Below are positions 1 to 10,550 of a stretch of DNA of 28,412 nt, in pieces. The position numbers and the translations under genes are program-made. How positions within the stretch are numbered: position 1 is the first letter of the stretch; each line of letters opens with the position of its first letter. Below the pieces are notes generated by a model. It saw only the letters and a program-made list of their open reading frames with translations, was not told where the DNA came from and made no database searches. This stretch comes from Ginkgo biloba (taxonomy: Eukaryota > Plantae > Ginkgophyta): NCBI GenBank assembly GCA_024626585.2, contig JANKJI020000002.1:250823866-250852277 (forward strand). Reading direction: 5' to 3'.

Positions 1-959
1 TTCACTTAATGAGTTATTATTTATAATTAGATGCTACAAAAAAATTAATAACATCATTAATAGTTGATCAATATATTTAGAATATAAATAATTATAAACC
101 ATAGAAATAAATAAAATTCTACTTGTTTATAGTATAAAATGTACTCTAAAAGTATCATAAGAGGTAAAAAAGAAGAATTTTATATATAAATAAAGTATTA
201 AATATTTTTTAATCCAAGAGATACTAAATAAATTGATGATGATATTTTCAAGCAACATATTTAACCTAAACTTAACAACCTTAAGTATTTTATTATATAT
301 AAAATATATGAAGAAAAAAAAATAGTGGTACTAAATAATTACATATTATAACATATTTTTTATACTTTCTCAATAACATGAATACACTTCAGTATAATGT
401 TTGATATTTTTAATCCAAATTACTTTTATGGANNNNNNNNNNNGTGAGTCAATACTGCATTACAATTATTAATGTGATTTTAACATGCTTAAAAATAAGT
501 AGTAATATTAGGTAGTTGAGATACTTAATAAATTATACTAAACATTGTATATAAAAAAGGAACAAAATATTAAAGAGATATAGGGACATGATCATAGTAA
601 GGGCCTTTCTAATTCTAATATTAGGATGTCTAAAAGGCTTAGGAGAGAGGGAGAAGGTTTCTCAGGTGGAATGAACATGATCATAGGAGGGTACATTATG
701 CTCCCAATATTTCACTTTAGTAAAGGAAATTAATTCATATTAATCATAATCCATTTAGGGTAGTGCTTCTTGAGTAAGTAAGAATGCAAATTAAAAATAG
801 AATTTTAATAATTTAATATTTATGTAGCATTTACATTAGTAATTGGATATCTTAATAGGAATTTAGAAATTTGATGGCTCTCCCTAATTCATAAGAAAAT
901 ATTTTTTATAAGTTATTGATAACTTTACCATAAGAAACTAGAACAAATGCTTATTTGAT

Positions 960-1330
960 TGGTACAAGTATGTGGTGGTTAGATTAGTGTCAATATTTAT
1001 GGATCCTTTTTTTACATGTCATAGTAAAAAAATCTTTAGTCTTTTTAAGACATATGTTGATTTGAGAGAAAGATGCAAATAAATATAGAAGGTTATAGAC
1101 CTTAAACAAGCTTGGATTACAAGAGATGTTCTAACTTAGGACATTAAGGTTGAAGAAAGAAAGATTTTTTTTATGTGGTTGTCGCTTCATAATGGTTTAC
1201 CACTTGGTCTTAGACTTGCTAAACTTAGTATTCAAGCAATTTCACTTTTGATCTAAAGAGGAATCTTGCTTATATATTTTTTAGAATTATCATCAAATTG
1301 TACTAATTTGGAAAATTATGAAATTCATAA
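960..1330 (+). mobile_element. Decayed L1-type LINE ORF2 3' region (zf-RVT segment)
   Basis: 1161-1232 translates to KIFFMWLSLHNGLPLGLRLAKLSI, matching the LINE KxFxWLxxHxxLPxxxRL motif, followed by EES-x-x-x-IF. Multiple stops; boundaries approximate. Confidence 0.65.
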
Positions 1331-1789
1331 CCCAAATTCATAAGTTTTTATCTTTTAGTGTAATATACGTGACTAATTAAGAAAAATATTGTATTATAAG
1401 CCTTTACAAGGTTTGCAATATCAAAGTCAGTAGTAAGTTAATACTGAATGCATCAAATAGTAATAAGTTGGGGGGTTAGATGTAGTAATAAGTTATCTAT
1501 GCCTACTAAATATGGCTATTGGCATGAAAACCTTTTGTGGGGTACACTTCAAGGTATGTAAAAAATTGAACGATATATATAAAAAAGAAAATTATATATT
1601 ACAAAATATAAGTTACACTTTCACTTGGATTTCTCTTACAATAAAATCAATACCATGCGTAAATTTTATTAAATAATGGTTGGTGAGGGGTTAACTAGAG
1701 TAAGCGTTCAACCCTTATCTTTTCTTTTAAGGGTCTTATATCCCAGAAGGTAGTAATCATTGTAATAGGTTGTAGTTAGACACTATATT

Positions 1790-2080
1790 ATAAAAATCAG
1801 AGTAGAGAATACCTAATTGTATTACCACAAAGCTTTCCTATATAAGCGTATTAATTTTAATGTGTCAACAGCTAGAATATCACATTCTCCTACTAGCACC
1901 TAATGGTTATCGTCTTAACAAGATTTGTTCTCAACTCTTAATCATTTTCTATGAATAGAAAGATACCTTAGTTTTTTAAGAAGGAAAAAGTATATGTTTA
2001 AGAAATAATATAACATAAACATTAAGCACCTTCTATGGAAGTTTTGAAATGATTACTTAGAATGGCCTACAAGTTTAATT
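1790..2080 (+). mobile_element. Highly decayed Ty3/gypsy integrase C-terminal fragment
   Basis: Broken frames give F*EGKSICLR, FYGSFEMI and MAYKF, resembling FxEGDxVxLR / FYGPFxI / VAYKL of gypsy integrase tails. Confidence 0.4.
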
Positions 2081-2830
2081 ATATAAAACTCTCTTGTCTA
2101 TTGAGNNNNNNNNNNNNNNNNNNNNNNNNNNNNNNNNNNNNNNNNNNNNNNNNNNNNNNNNNNNNNNNNNNNNNNNNNNNNNNNNNTTTATCTATCCATA
2201 TCACTTCCTTTGAGTAGTAAGTAAAATGCTTATTCCATTATTGTCAACATGTGGAATCATAATTTTAATGGAAACATTGCAAAAGCACCTAAATAAATGA
2301 TGTTTAAATAAGCTTCTTATTCTCATATTCCCTACAATTGGATGTTGATTGACTAATTCAAATAAATATTTCAAATAAAAAAATGATGGGCTATACTTGT
2401 ATATGTTTGGACAATATCTAGTAAAGTTTATGTATATTTCGACTAGTTGTTGGGAATTGCTTGTTTTAATAATACAAACTAATGTGAACATGGGAGATAG
2501 TAAAATTATCATAGATTTCAATAAGCTATAATCCGAGAATTTTATGAGTTGCATAGATTTTCATATTAGTGCCATAGTATGGTTTGAAAATAAATGAAAA
2601 ATTATCTAAGTCATATGTGAAAACTCATGTAGAGATAAAATAATTAGTTATGCAATGATTTCATTATATACCAAATTATTTATTTATGTGAAGGAATTTT
2701 AATTTTAAATACCTTTCCAATTTCGCATACATAAAAATAGACGACAAAACAAGAGCCATGAAGTGGCAAGTCCTGATCGTTAAAGTATTTGTTAATTGAA
2801 AATATGATTTAATAAAATATTATAAATGCA

Positions 2831-3145
2831 TAGTGTGTCAAATAAAAAAACTTAAAATCCTTTAATTGGAATAAAAATAATGCTTGCAAATTACCCAAAA
2901 TAAGAGCTACAAACGTATGGAACAATTCCGTGAGGTCTCTCCCAACCGAAGGAAAATAGAAACAATGGTAATTATTAATACCATTCTTAGAACTCGAATC
3001 GTTCTGGTATAAATTTTCGACTGATTACAAGTGTATAGTGTGTCGGTTAAAAATACCTTAAGCATTAAAAAGAATAAAAATAATGCTTGCGAATGTCGCG
3101 AAATCACCAAAATAAGAGCTAACTATGTAAGGAACAATTCCGTGA
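2831..3145. repeat. Imperfect direct duplication, about 200 bp spacing (core copies 2869-2933 and 3072-3145)
   Basis: Both copies read GAATAAAAATAATGCTTGC...AAATYACC...AAAATAAGAGCTA...GGAACAATTCCGTGA and both are preceded by TAGTGTGTC. Copy 2 has a ~10-nt insertion (GAATGTCGCG). Confidence 0.85.
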
Positions 3146-3289
3146 AATAGTAAAAATTTTAATTTGGAAAACTCAAAATTGTTTTGACACGACGGTGGTG
3201 CATAATAAACATGACAAGCATTAAAAATAAAAATAAAATAAATAAATAAAATCTCATATCGTAAGAACACCGAATAAATATGTGCCTTT

Positions 3290-3748
3290 AGTTGACTTTA
3301 ATAGTTTCTGAATATGTATAAAAATCCATATCAGGACCTTGTAGATAGTTTAGTTAGACGTGACTATTCACCCTTCAGACCTCCCTATCTGACGGACCCT
3401 ACGCCTCCGACAATTATAGAGAAATCATAGACCGTCCGATGGATCCTTTAGTAGTGTGAACAACATCCTCTGTAGTAGTTAGACTTAGGTAGGAGGTTCT
3501 CATGTGGATACCAATCACGACATTTGGTAGCTTCCAGTAGTAGGACAGCAGTTGGCATTTGTCCTATTAATCAGATTAACCACTGGCCGTTCTAGTTGTG
3601 TGGTTGTGCCGTGTTTATCACTTTTATTTTTTTAAGACTGTATATAAGCAACAGAATTCAACCAGACAATCTCCACCATCATCCCTGCATATAGCTTACT
3701 GGCTCTCTCGTTCATCGGATTCGATTCCCATTGTTTATAGTAAAGATG
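3290..3748 (+). promoter_or_regulatory. Pol II promoter-like region with no recognisable downstream gene
   Basis: CpG-retaining segment with W-box TTGACT (3292-3297), ACGTG (3358-3362), MYB/AC-like sites (GGTAGG ~3488, ATTTGGT 3522-3528), TATATAA at 3641-3647, a pyrimidine-rich leader and AAAGATGGCC start context at 3746. Confidence 0.45.
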
Positions 3749-5882
3749 GCCATCTATGATAAGCATTACAGTACTGTTCACATTGTATCACAACTATTTA
3801 TTATTCTTGTTTAGAAATTAATCATAGCCTTCTTTTTCTTTCATTCTTGACAAACTTCTTTATCCAGTCCCAGGGGAATTTTGTTAGCCATTTCTCTTGA
3901 TGCTCCTTTGGTAATTATTGAGTAGTGTTTGCACCCAACCTTATATACATTTTATTATAGGCATATTTATCAATTTTTTCTTTCTCTATTTCATATTTAT
4001 GTATCCATATTTTCATGCATTATATATGGTGTGCAACAAAATTATGAATTTCTTTCCATTCTTCAAGATCTATAAAGAAATATTTTTGTAAGAGAATATA
4101 TACATGATTTGAAAATAAAATAATTAGAACAATAATACTACTAAAAAAGAGATACCTACTTTGTACTTTTTGCAATTTTCCTTGAAGTTGTAAGACCTAA
4201 CCCTCAAATATATTTTTTTGTGTACTAGTCCATAGTCATAGTCCATCAAAATGTATTATATATAAGAACTTAGTAAGATAGATCATCGACTAAAATAAAA
4301 CATATCCCTATACCAAAGATCCCTCTAGGCAAGCTCTTTATTGAACAAAACCCTTTAACAACTTTAATAAATTCTCAACAAACCATATTGATCTAATAGA
4401 TATCAGTCCACAAAGTTCAATATAATATACAATATTCACCAAATAATAAAACTATGGATCAAAGAATCTAGTTGGAAAACACTTTTATAGGTCATACTTT
4501 AAGAGACGGACTTGTGTCTTCTAATATTCAATGCCATTTTTTTTAATCTCTTTCGATGATATCCACTNNNNNNNNNNNNNNNNNNNNNNNNNNNNNNNNN
4601 NNNNNNNNNNNNNNNNNNNNNNNNNNNNNNNNNNNNNNNNNNNNNNNNNNNNNNNNNNNNNNNNNNNGTTTATGTAGGTAAATATTGAGTTTGAACATTA
4701 AGAAATAAAGTTACACATATGAAGGTCACATGTTTATAGGATGGTTTTCTTTAGTTATCAAATTTGAGAAAAAAATAGAACACTCTAGTAGGAAAAGGCA
4801 TGATGCTTAGTAAAAGGTATGGTGCTTAACTATGTATAACCTAAAATCCATCTAAGAGCCAAGTTTTATAATTTGGAATGAATTTTATATTTATACCTAA
4901 GACATTAAGGTCTCGTAAACCTCCATTACCTATTTGGTTTTATCATTTACTTTCAAATAGTGTATTTTCTTTATTCTATCTAATTTTCTCTTTCTTTTTC
5001 CACTTTAGGANNNNNNNNNNNNNNTTCCCAAGTTGTGAATTCCACCTAGTAAGTTATATCAAAATCCAATTGATTTATCCTTGTATGATACTAATAAAAT
5101 AATCTAATAATACTTATATGTATATTTAAAGAGAATGGTTTATTTGATAATAACCCCTTTCTCCCCTCTCAATTGGGCTATAGTAAAAGTATATAATTCA
5201 AAATCACTACCCCTATTAGTTAATTACCTTAAATGGATAATTAGTTGCATAGACTATTCATGTAGAGGTGTATTAAATATTACAACTTAAGAAATATTAG
5301 GAATCCATGTATTCATCTTAGGGGTCTAATCTAGGAAAACCTCATAACTACATATTTAGAGTTAGAGAAGGTATCATGCATCCTCCTTTGATCGTGTTTA
5401 ACATTTGTGTATACTTGCATAATAAACTCATAAGTTGTTAGTAAACTAGGGATACCCAAATCCCTTTGATGATGGCATTTCACATTAGCAAAATGAGAAA
5501 TAAATGGCACATGTCAAAGTGGTTCAACTCTACATGAATTAAATTACATAGCATTGACAAGCAAAAGCAAGAAAGGACAACTAGGTGAAATGGACTTGGC
5601 CTCTATTTGCCAAAGTGTTTTATGTTTTTTAATGTATTATAATTTTGCAAATACAAATACATATAGAGAGCATATATTTATAGTAAACAAAACTCGTGAC
5701 AAAGGAGAGATAAGTTATTGATTTAGCTTCATTATTTTTAATTTAACAATAGTGGCGTTGTTCATGATATGAGCATATAATCATTAGTAATTGCACATCC
5801 ACCTGGGAGAATCTTCAAGAAGGCAAGAAATCCGGTGGATAATAGTACATTACAACATATATTTGATGCGCACACAAAGAGG

Positions 5883-6109
5883 TTGACTATCTGCAATGCT
5901 AGGCAAATAAGGTACTATAAGCCAATTTATGGGGAATCTCTTCTACGATTTAATGACATTGAGAGATAAAAATGTCTTATTTTATTAAATCCCCGGACGT
6001 GCTCGGCATGATGTTTTCAATTCCATGGAATAGGAGTAAGCTTTGGTATTAGAGAAGTGTGTTGAAGTAGGAAGAAATAATATAATAAGGGAGCAAGATG
6101 TGTATATAA
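5883..6109 (+). promoter_or_regulatory. PR-10 proximal promoter (W-box and TATA box)
   Basis: TTGACT W-box at 5883-5888 and TATATAA at 6103-6109, 111 bp upstream of the ATG. W-boxes are typical of WRKY-regulated PR-10 promoters. Confidence 0.55.
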
Positions 6110-6213
6110 GCAAATAGAGGTAGATAGCATGGAACAATGATATATTGAGAGATATTGTGGGGTGTAGTAGAGGTATTGGAAGTGAAATAATAGAATTGGG
6201 TATTAGTGAGAAA

Positions 6214-6775
6214 ATGGTGGCGGGGTCGTTGACGGACGAAGTGGTGTCTCCATTGCCACCAAGCAGGCTGTGGAAGGCAGTGGTAAAGGACGGACACAAT
6301 CTTCTTCCAAAGGTGCTGCCCGACCTCATCTCCAGCTGCGACCTTACCCAAGGAGATGCCGGCACCATCTTCCAATACAACTTCACACCTGGTATGTCTT
6401 TCATTTCTCATTATATCTAATTAATTAATTAATTAGTGGCAGATTAACATTCCTTCGCCTGTCGCGTTTGCAGCAAACAAGCATTTCAGCTATGCCAAAT
6501 ACAGACGGGATGAGGTGGACGAGGAGAAATTAGTGCACAGATACAGTCTGATAGGAGGAGGAATGCTGGGCATCAAGTTGAGCGAGGCGAGGTACGAGAA
6601 CAAATTTGAAGGCACTGCCGAGGGAGGCACCAAACTCACCGTCACTTCCACCTTCCAGACCATTGCTGATGAGCTGCCTTCTGAAGCCGCAGTTGCGGAG
6701 TTGAAGGCAGCCGGCATTGCCATGTTCAAAGCAGTGGAGGCCTATCTCCTCGCCAATCCCACCTTATACGCTTAA
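6214..6775 (+). CDS. PR10: Pathogenesis-related protein 10 / Bet v 1-family protein, 159 aa; join(6214..6391,6474..6775)
   Basis: ATG 6214 in AAAATGG context. The 82-nt phase-1 intron GTATGT...TTGCAG (6392-6473) joins the two track ORFs in frame: MVAGSLTDEVVSPLPPSRLWKAVVKDGHNLLPKVLPDLISSCDLTQGDAGTIFQYNFTPANKHFSYAKYRRDEVDEEKLVHRYSLIGGG...FKAVEAYLLANPTLYA. Hallmarks RLWKA..KD.HNLLPK, NFTP and VEAYLLANP resemble conifer PR-10. AATAAA at 6792-6797. Confidence 0.96.
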
Positions 6776-7059
6776 ATCTGAATCTGTGTGTAATAAACAC
6801 GAGGATTGCTCCTCTCCCCCTTTAAATAATTGTCCCGGCCCCTACTCTTGGCCTCTGGACACGCGTATAGGAATTGAGATCATTGGATCCTTAGATAATG
6901 CATGCCCCTTGTCCCGCCGCCTACTCATTAATTTTAATGTATCTCTGCTCATCCCATGCTTATGTTTATTAGGTAGGACTATATCAAATAATTTTCTCTT
7001 TCTCAAACCAATCGATCATGTGTTTATTTTCTTCAAAATTGTTTGAATCCTAAGTTGTT

Positions 7060-7740
7060 ATATGTTGGTGGTAAAACTTGTAAATTCATCCCTTTTCTTA
7101 AGGGCCTCCTATACAAGCACTTTCAAACAATTGAATGAAGCCTCCAAATCCGGCATGCCTTTTGGCCTTGAGCTTCAAAATAATGGCATTAAAGATCTCT
7201 GCATCAAAAGGAGAATTCGATAACATAATGGGTGCAACCTCTGAATTCCCATCCTCAAAATCACTAAGAGCTGCATCATTTTCTACTTTGCTTCCCATGG
7301 CATCTATAATTTACAATTAGCTACCTACTATATAACTCTTAAACATGATTATCTCTTTATTCTTCAATTTATTAAAAAGAAATATAAAATACCAAAAAGA
7401 CATTTTTATATTTTATTTTATTACAAATGCTTTGCAATTATGGGTGATGCTAAATTCTTATCTCATATCTATCGCAAAACTGACAAATCTTAAAAACTTA
7501 CATGACTTACCTTCCCATATTGTATAAAAGTTAGAATGACAACTAATCTTTCCTCCTCTCAAATTGCATCCCCATTAAACAATACTCCACTAGATATAAT
7601 TTATCTCTTCGAGTGGGTTAAATGGTGCATAAATCATTTCTCCAAGGGCCAAAGTCTAGTTTTTCTCTAATGAGATACTTAACCTTGCTTTGCCAAAATA
7701 TGGTGTAGGTTTTTTATTTATAAACACTAGAATAAGCTAA
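7060..7740 (-). pseudogene. Relic two-exon coding fragment of unknown identity (possibly transposon-derived)
   Basis: Minus-strand donor GAAG|GTAAGT at 7510, and acceptor with CTAAT branch plus TAG at 7304, flank a 207-nt AT-rich intron. The join reads ...CHSNFYTIWE-DAMGSKVENDAALSDFEDGNSEV... in frame. The upstream exon has several stops. Confidence 0.4.
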
Positions 7741-7793
7741 GAAGAGTAGAGTGTGTCGTATGTTGAATTATAATTAGGATTGAAAAATAACTC

Positions 7794-7955
7794 CTTTGTG
7801 TTGTAGATAGTTGAATTTGTCTAAGTAATCAACATTATCACTAGTTAGTTTATGAAAGTTGTAAGAAGTTTGAGAATCCACTTTATGTTGGAGATGGTTG
7901 AATTTGTTTGAGTAGTCACTATTAGCACAGGTTAGTTCTACAAAACATTAAGAAG
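7794..7955. repeat. Diverged direct repeat, two 75-bp copies at 87-bp period
   Basis: 7794-7868 CTTTGTGTTGTAGATAGTTGAATTTGT...GTTAGTT...TAAGAAG versus 7881-7955 CTTTATGTTGGAGATGGTTGAATTTGT...GTTAGTT...TAAGAAG. Confidence 0.8.
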
Positions 7956-8344
7956 AAACAAAATCAAATTGGATTGGTATATTGGTGTGAGAATTTATGA
8001 AAACTTGATTTTATTAATACTTGAGATCAAGACCCTTGTTATCTCTCTAGTTGATTTAAGCCCAAACAAATCATGAGGATAAATTTTAAGCAAATAATGA
8101 AATAGGAGGTCATCTTAAACTAATCTATATTATGGTTTTTGCAAAAAAAATCAATTGTTGATCTTATTGGGGAAGAGACACAAAAGTGACTTAAATATGA
8201 TGGATTGTACTAAAACTTCAAATTAGAAAATCTCAATACAAGAAATAGAGGAATTGGGTAGGATTATACCAAAACCCAAATTCCTATAGATAAATATTAT
8301 TGAAGACTTTGGTGAGAATTAACTTATTCTAAAACAAAAAACCA

Positions 8345-10450
8345 AGGCCCTAAATGGTCCCTAGAGACATACATTATTGAAATCATCTATGTTATCTCTT
8401 ACTAGAATCCCATATTTTTTAGCTCTTCAAGAGGTAAAAATCCAAGGTTTTTACATAAGAATAATAATGAGAAAGATTTGGGGCTCTTATAATTTTGTGT
8501 AAACCAACCATAAGGAAGGGTTTGGTGGTTTGGTCCTAGCCTTTCTTGCTTGGCTAAAGGAATTGGTGGTAGATTAAGGCAACAATCCTCTTAATAGGAT
8601 TGTGTGGGTCAGGTTCCAAATTTAGGATTGCTTTTTGGGCATTGCTAGTATTTATACTCCTAATGAGACTTTAGACCAAATTTCTCTTTAGAACTAGATG
8701 GCTTTAGCAATGCCACAGGTATCTTGGATTTTTCTAGGGGATTTTAATATGATGGAAAATATTATGGATGGGTGAGGAGGAACTAGTTTGCATCTCTCAT
8801 AGATAGAGTTATAGGCCTGGATGAACCTTAAAATTAGTTTTGTACTCCAAGAAATTTACCTTGCCGACATTGATTATTTCACCCAGTGTAATCCTAGATC
8901 AAGTTGTGATAGAGTGTGTCCCATACTTGATCAAGTCTATTGGTCTAATGACAAATTTGTAGACTGTAATGTAGAGCCTCTTAANNNNNNNNNNNNNNNN
9001 NNNNNNNNNNNNNNNNNNNNNNNNNNNNNNNNNNNNNNNNNNNNNNNNCTAATTGGGCACCTCCTCAACACTCGATATGTAAGCTTAATGTCACTCATTG
9101 GAGGATCCAAAATTTCATAGGGGGGTCTAGAGAGTTTGGAATTTGGTGCCTCGATTGAGAGATAACATTGTTTGGATTATTTGGCAAGCAACAACAATTA
9201 TAAGGACCATGAAATGGGCTAGAGGGTATGGTAAAAGGAAAGCATTGCTAAGATGTGCTCAGTATAAAATATGCTCTGAGACTATTATTAAGGTTCAATC
9301 TCTCCTCGATATGAACCCCTTTGATTAGGAGCTTCAAAAGTTGGAGGCAGACACTACATAAGAATTTGAGAAAGTTCCAATACTTTCAAGCACAAAGAGC
9401 ACAAATTAGATCTCGCCTCTATTGGACTTCGGAAGGCGATTCTTCGTCTAAGTTTTTCTTTTATACATTAAGATGTAAAGAGAATGTTGGAAGAATTTGG
9501 GCTATTCGAGAAAATAATGAAATGGGAATTATTGATCCCCTGGACATTGCCAGTTTGTTTCAAAGTCATTTCAGTCAATTTTCACTTCTCAACCAACTGA
9601 TGTAATCAGGCAGGAGACTTTATAGAAATGCCTGGAGGTGGTTCCCCATAAGGTTCAGTAGGAAGAAGCCAAGTTATTTGATCTTCCTTTTACTCTGTCT
9701 GAGCTTTAACAAACCATATGGTCCATAGATAATGATAAATCTCCTAGGAGAGATGGCCTTCTTGTTGAATTTTATAAACAATTTTGGAACATGATGGGTC
9801 AGGATTTACTTAATATATACAACGAAGCTATGAAACACATTTTTGTGAGTGCTAGAATTAATGCAGGTATAATTAAGCCCATTCCCAAATAAGGCGTCGA
9901 TAGGGAATCAATTAGGGGTTGGAGACCTATCACACTTCTTAATATTTCTTACAAGATTCTGTCTAAAATGCTTTCCCTCAGAATCATAACCTCTCTCAAG
10001 AAAATTATTCAAGAAAAATAGACTCCCTTTATTAAAGACAGATTCATTCTCAACAACATTCTAGCAGTAAGTGAAGGTCTTGAATGGGCTCGTGAATCAA
10101 CACAATCTATCATCTTTCTAAAAGTTGATTTTGAGAAGACCTGTGATAAAATTCAATGGGATTTTATCCTTGCTATGATACATAAACTAGGATTTGGCTA
10201 CAAGTTTTGCAACATGATCAAGACTTTATTTTCTAATGCTTTAGCTAAAGTGGTTGTTAATGGAATTCTCTTTCAACCATCATCTTTGGAAATATCTATT
10301 CAACAAGGATGCCCTATTGCACCTTTTCTTTATGCCTTAGCAACATATGCATTGGGTTATCTTTTTGAGGATGCTTAGTCGAAACGTCTTCTTAAAGGAA
10401 TTTCTCTCCCTAATAGTGACAAGGAGCTACTTTATGGTCAATTCGCAGAT
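8345..10450 (+). mobile_element. Decayed L1-type LINE ORF2 (APE endonuclease plus reverse transcriptase), cut by a gap
   Basis: EN motifs ALQEVK (~8422), GIASIYTPN, WIFLGDFNM (~8725) and LDQVYWSN. SSSKFFF linker. RT motifs KSPRRDG..VEFYK (9737), GWRPITLLNISYKILSK (9917), LKVDFEK, QQGCPIAPFLY and GQFAD just before the N run. Many stops and frameshifts. Confidence 0.93.
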
Positions 10451-10550
10451 NNNNNNNNNNNNNNNNNNNNNNNNNNNNNNNNNNNNNNNNNNNNNNNNNN
10501 NNNNNNNNNNNNNNNNNNNNNNNNNNNNNNNNNNNNNNNNNNNNNNNNNN

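Noticed and set aside
2201-2554. 117-aa minus-strand ORF with faint resemblance to an integrase zinc-binding region
   Set aside because: Key His and Cys residues cannot be placed; no supportable call.
3541-3566. Small hairpin TAGGACA...TGTCCTA containing TTGGCATTTGTCC, resembling the 5' part of miR394
   Set aside because: The match is partial and gapped, and the 7-bp stem is far too short for a plant pre-miRNA.
4800-5080. Minus-strand fragments such as EFTTWE and KLGS-RW resembling gypsy chromodomain or integrase ends
   Set aside because: Too short, and their order does not fit a single element.
6145-6213. N-terminal extension of PR-10 in the track ORF
   Set aside because: It starts at TTG within the probable 5' UTR; ATG 6214 matches the family N-terminus and has good context.
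5985-6729. Minus-strand ORFs (5985-6404, 6049-6411, 6490-6729) overlapping PR-10
   Set aside because: Antisense shadows of a GC-rich coding region with no recognisable motifs.
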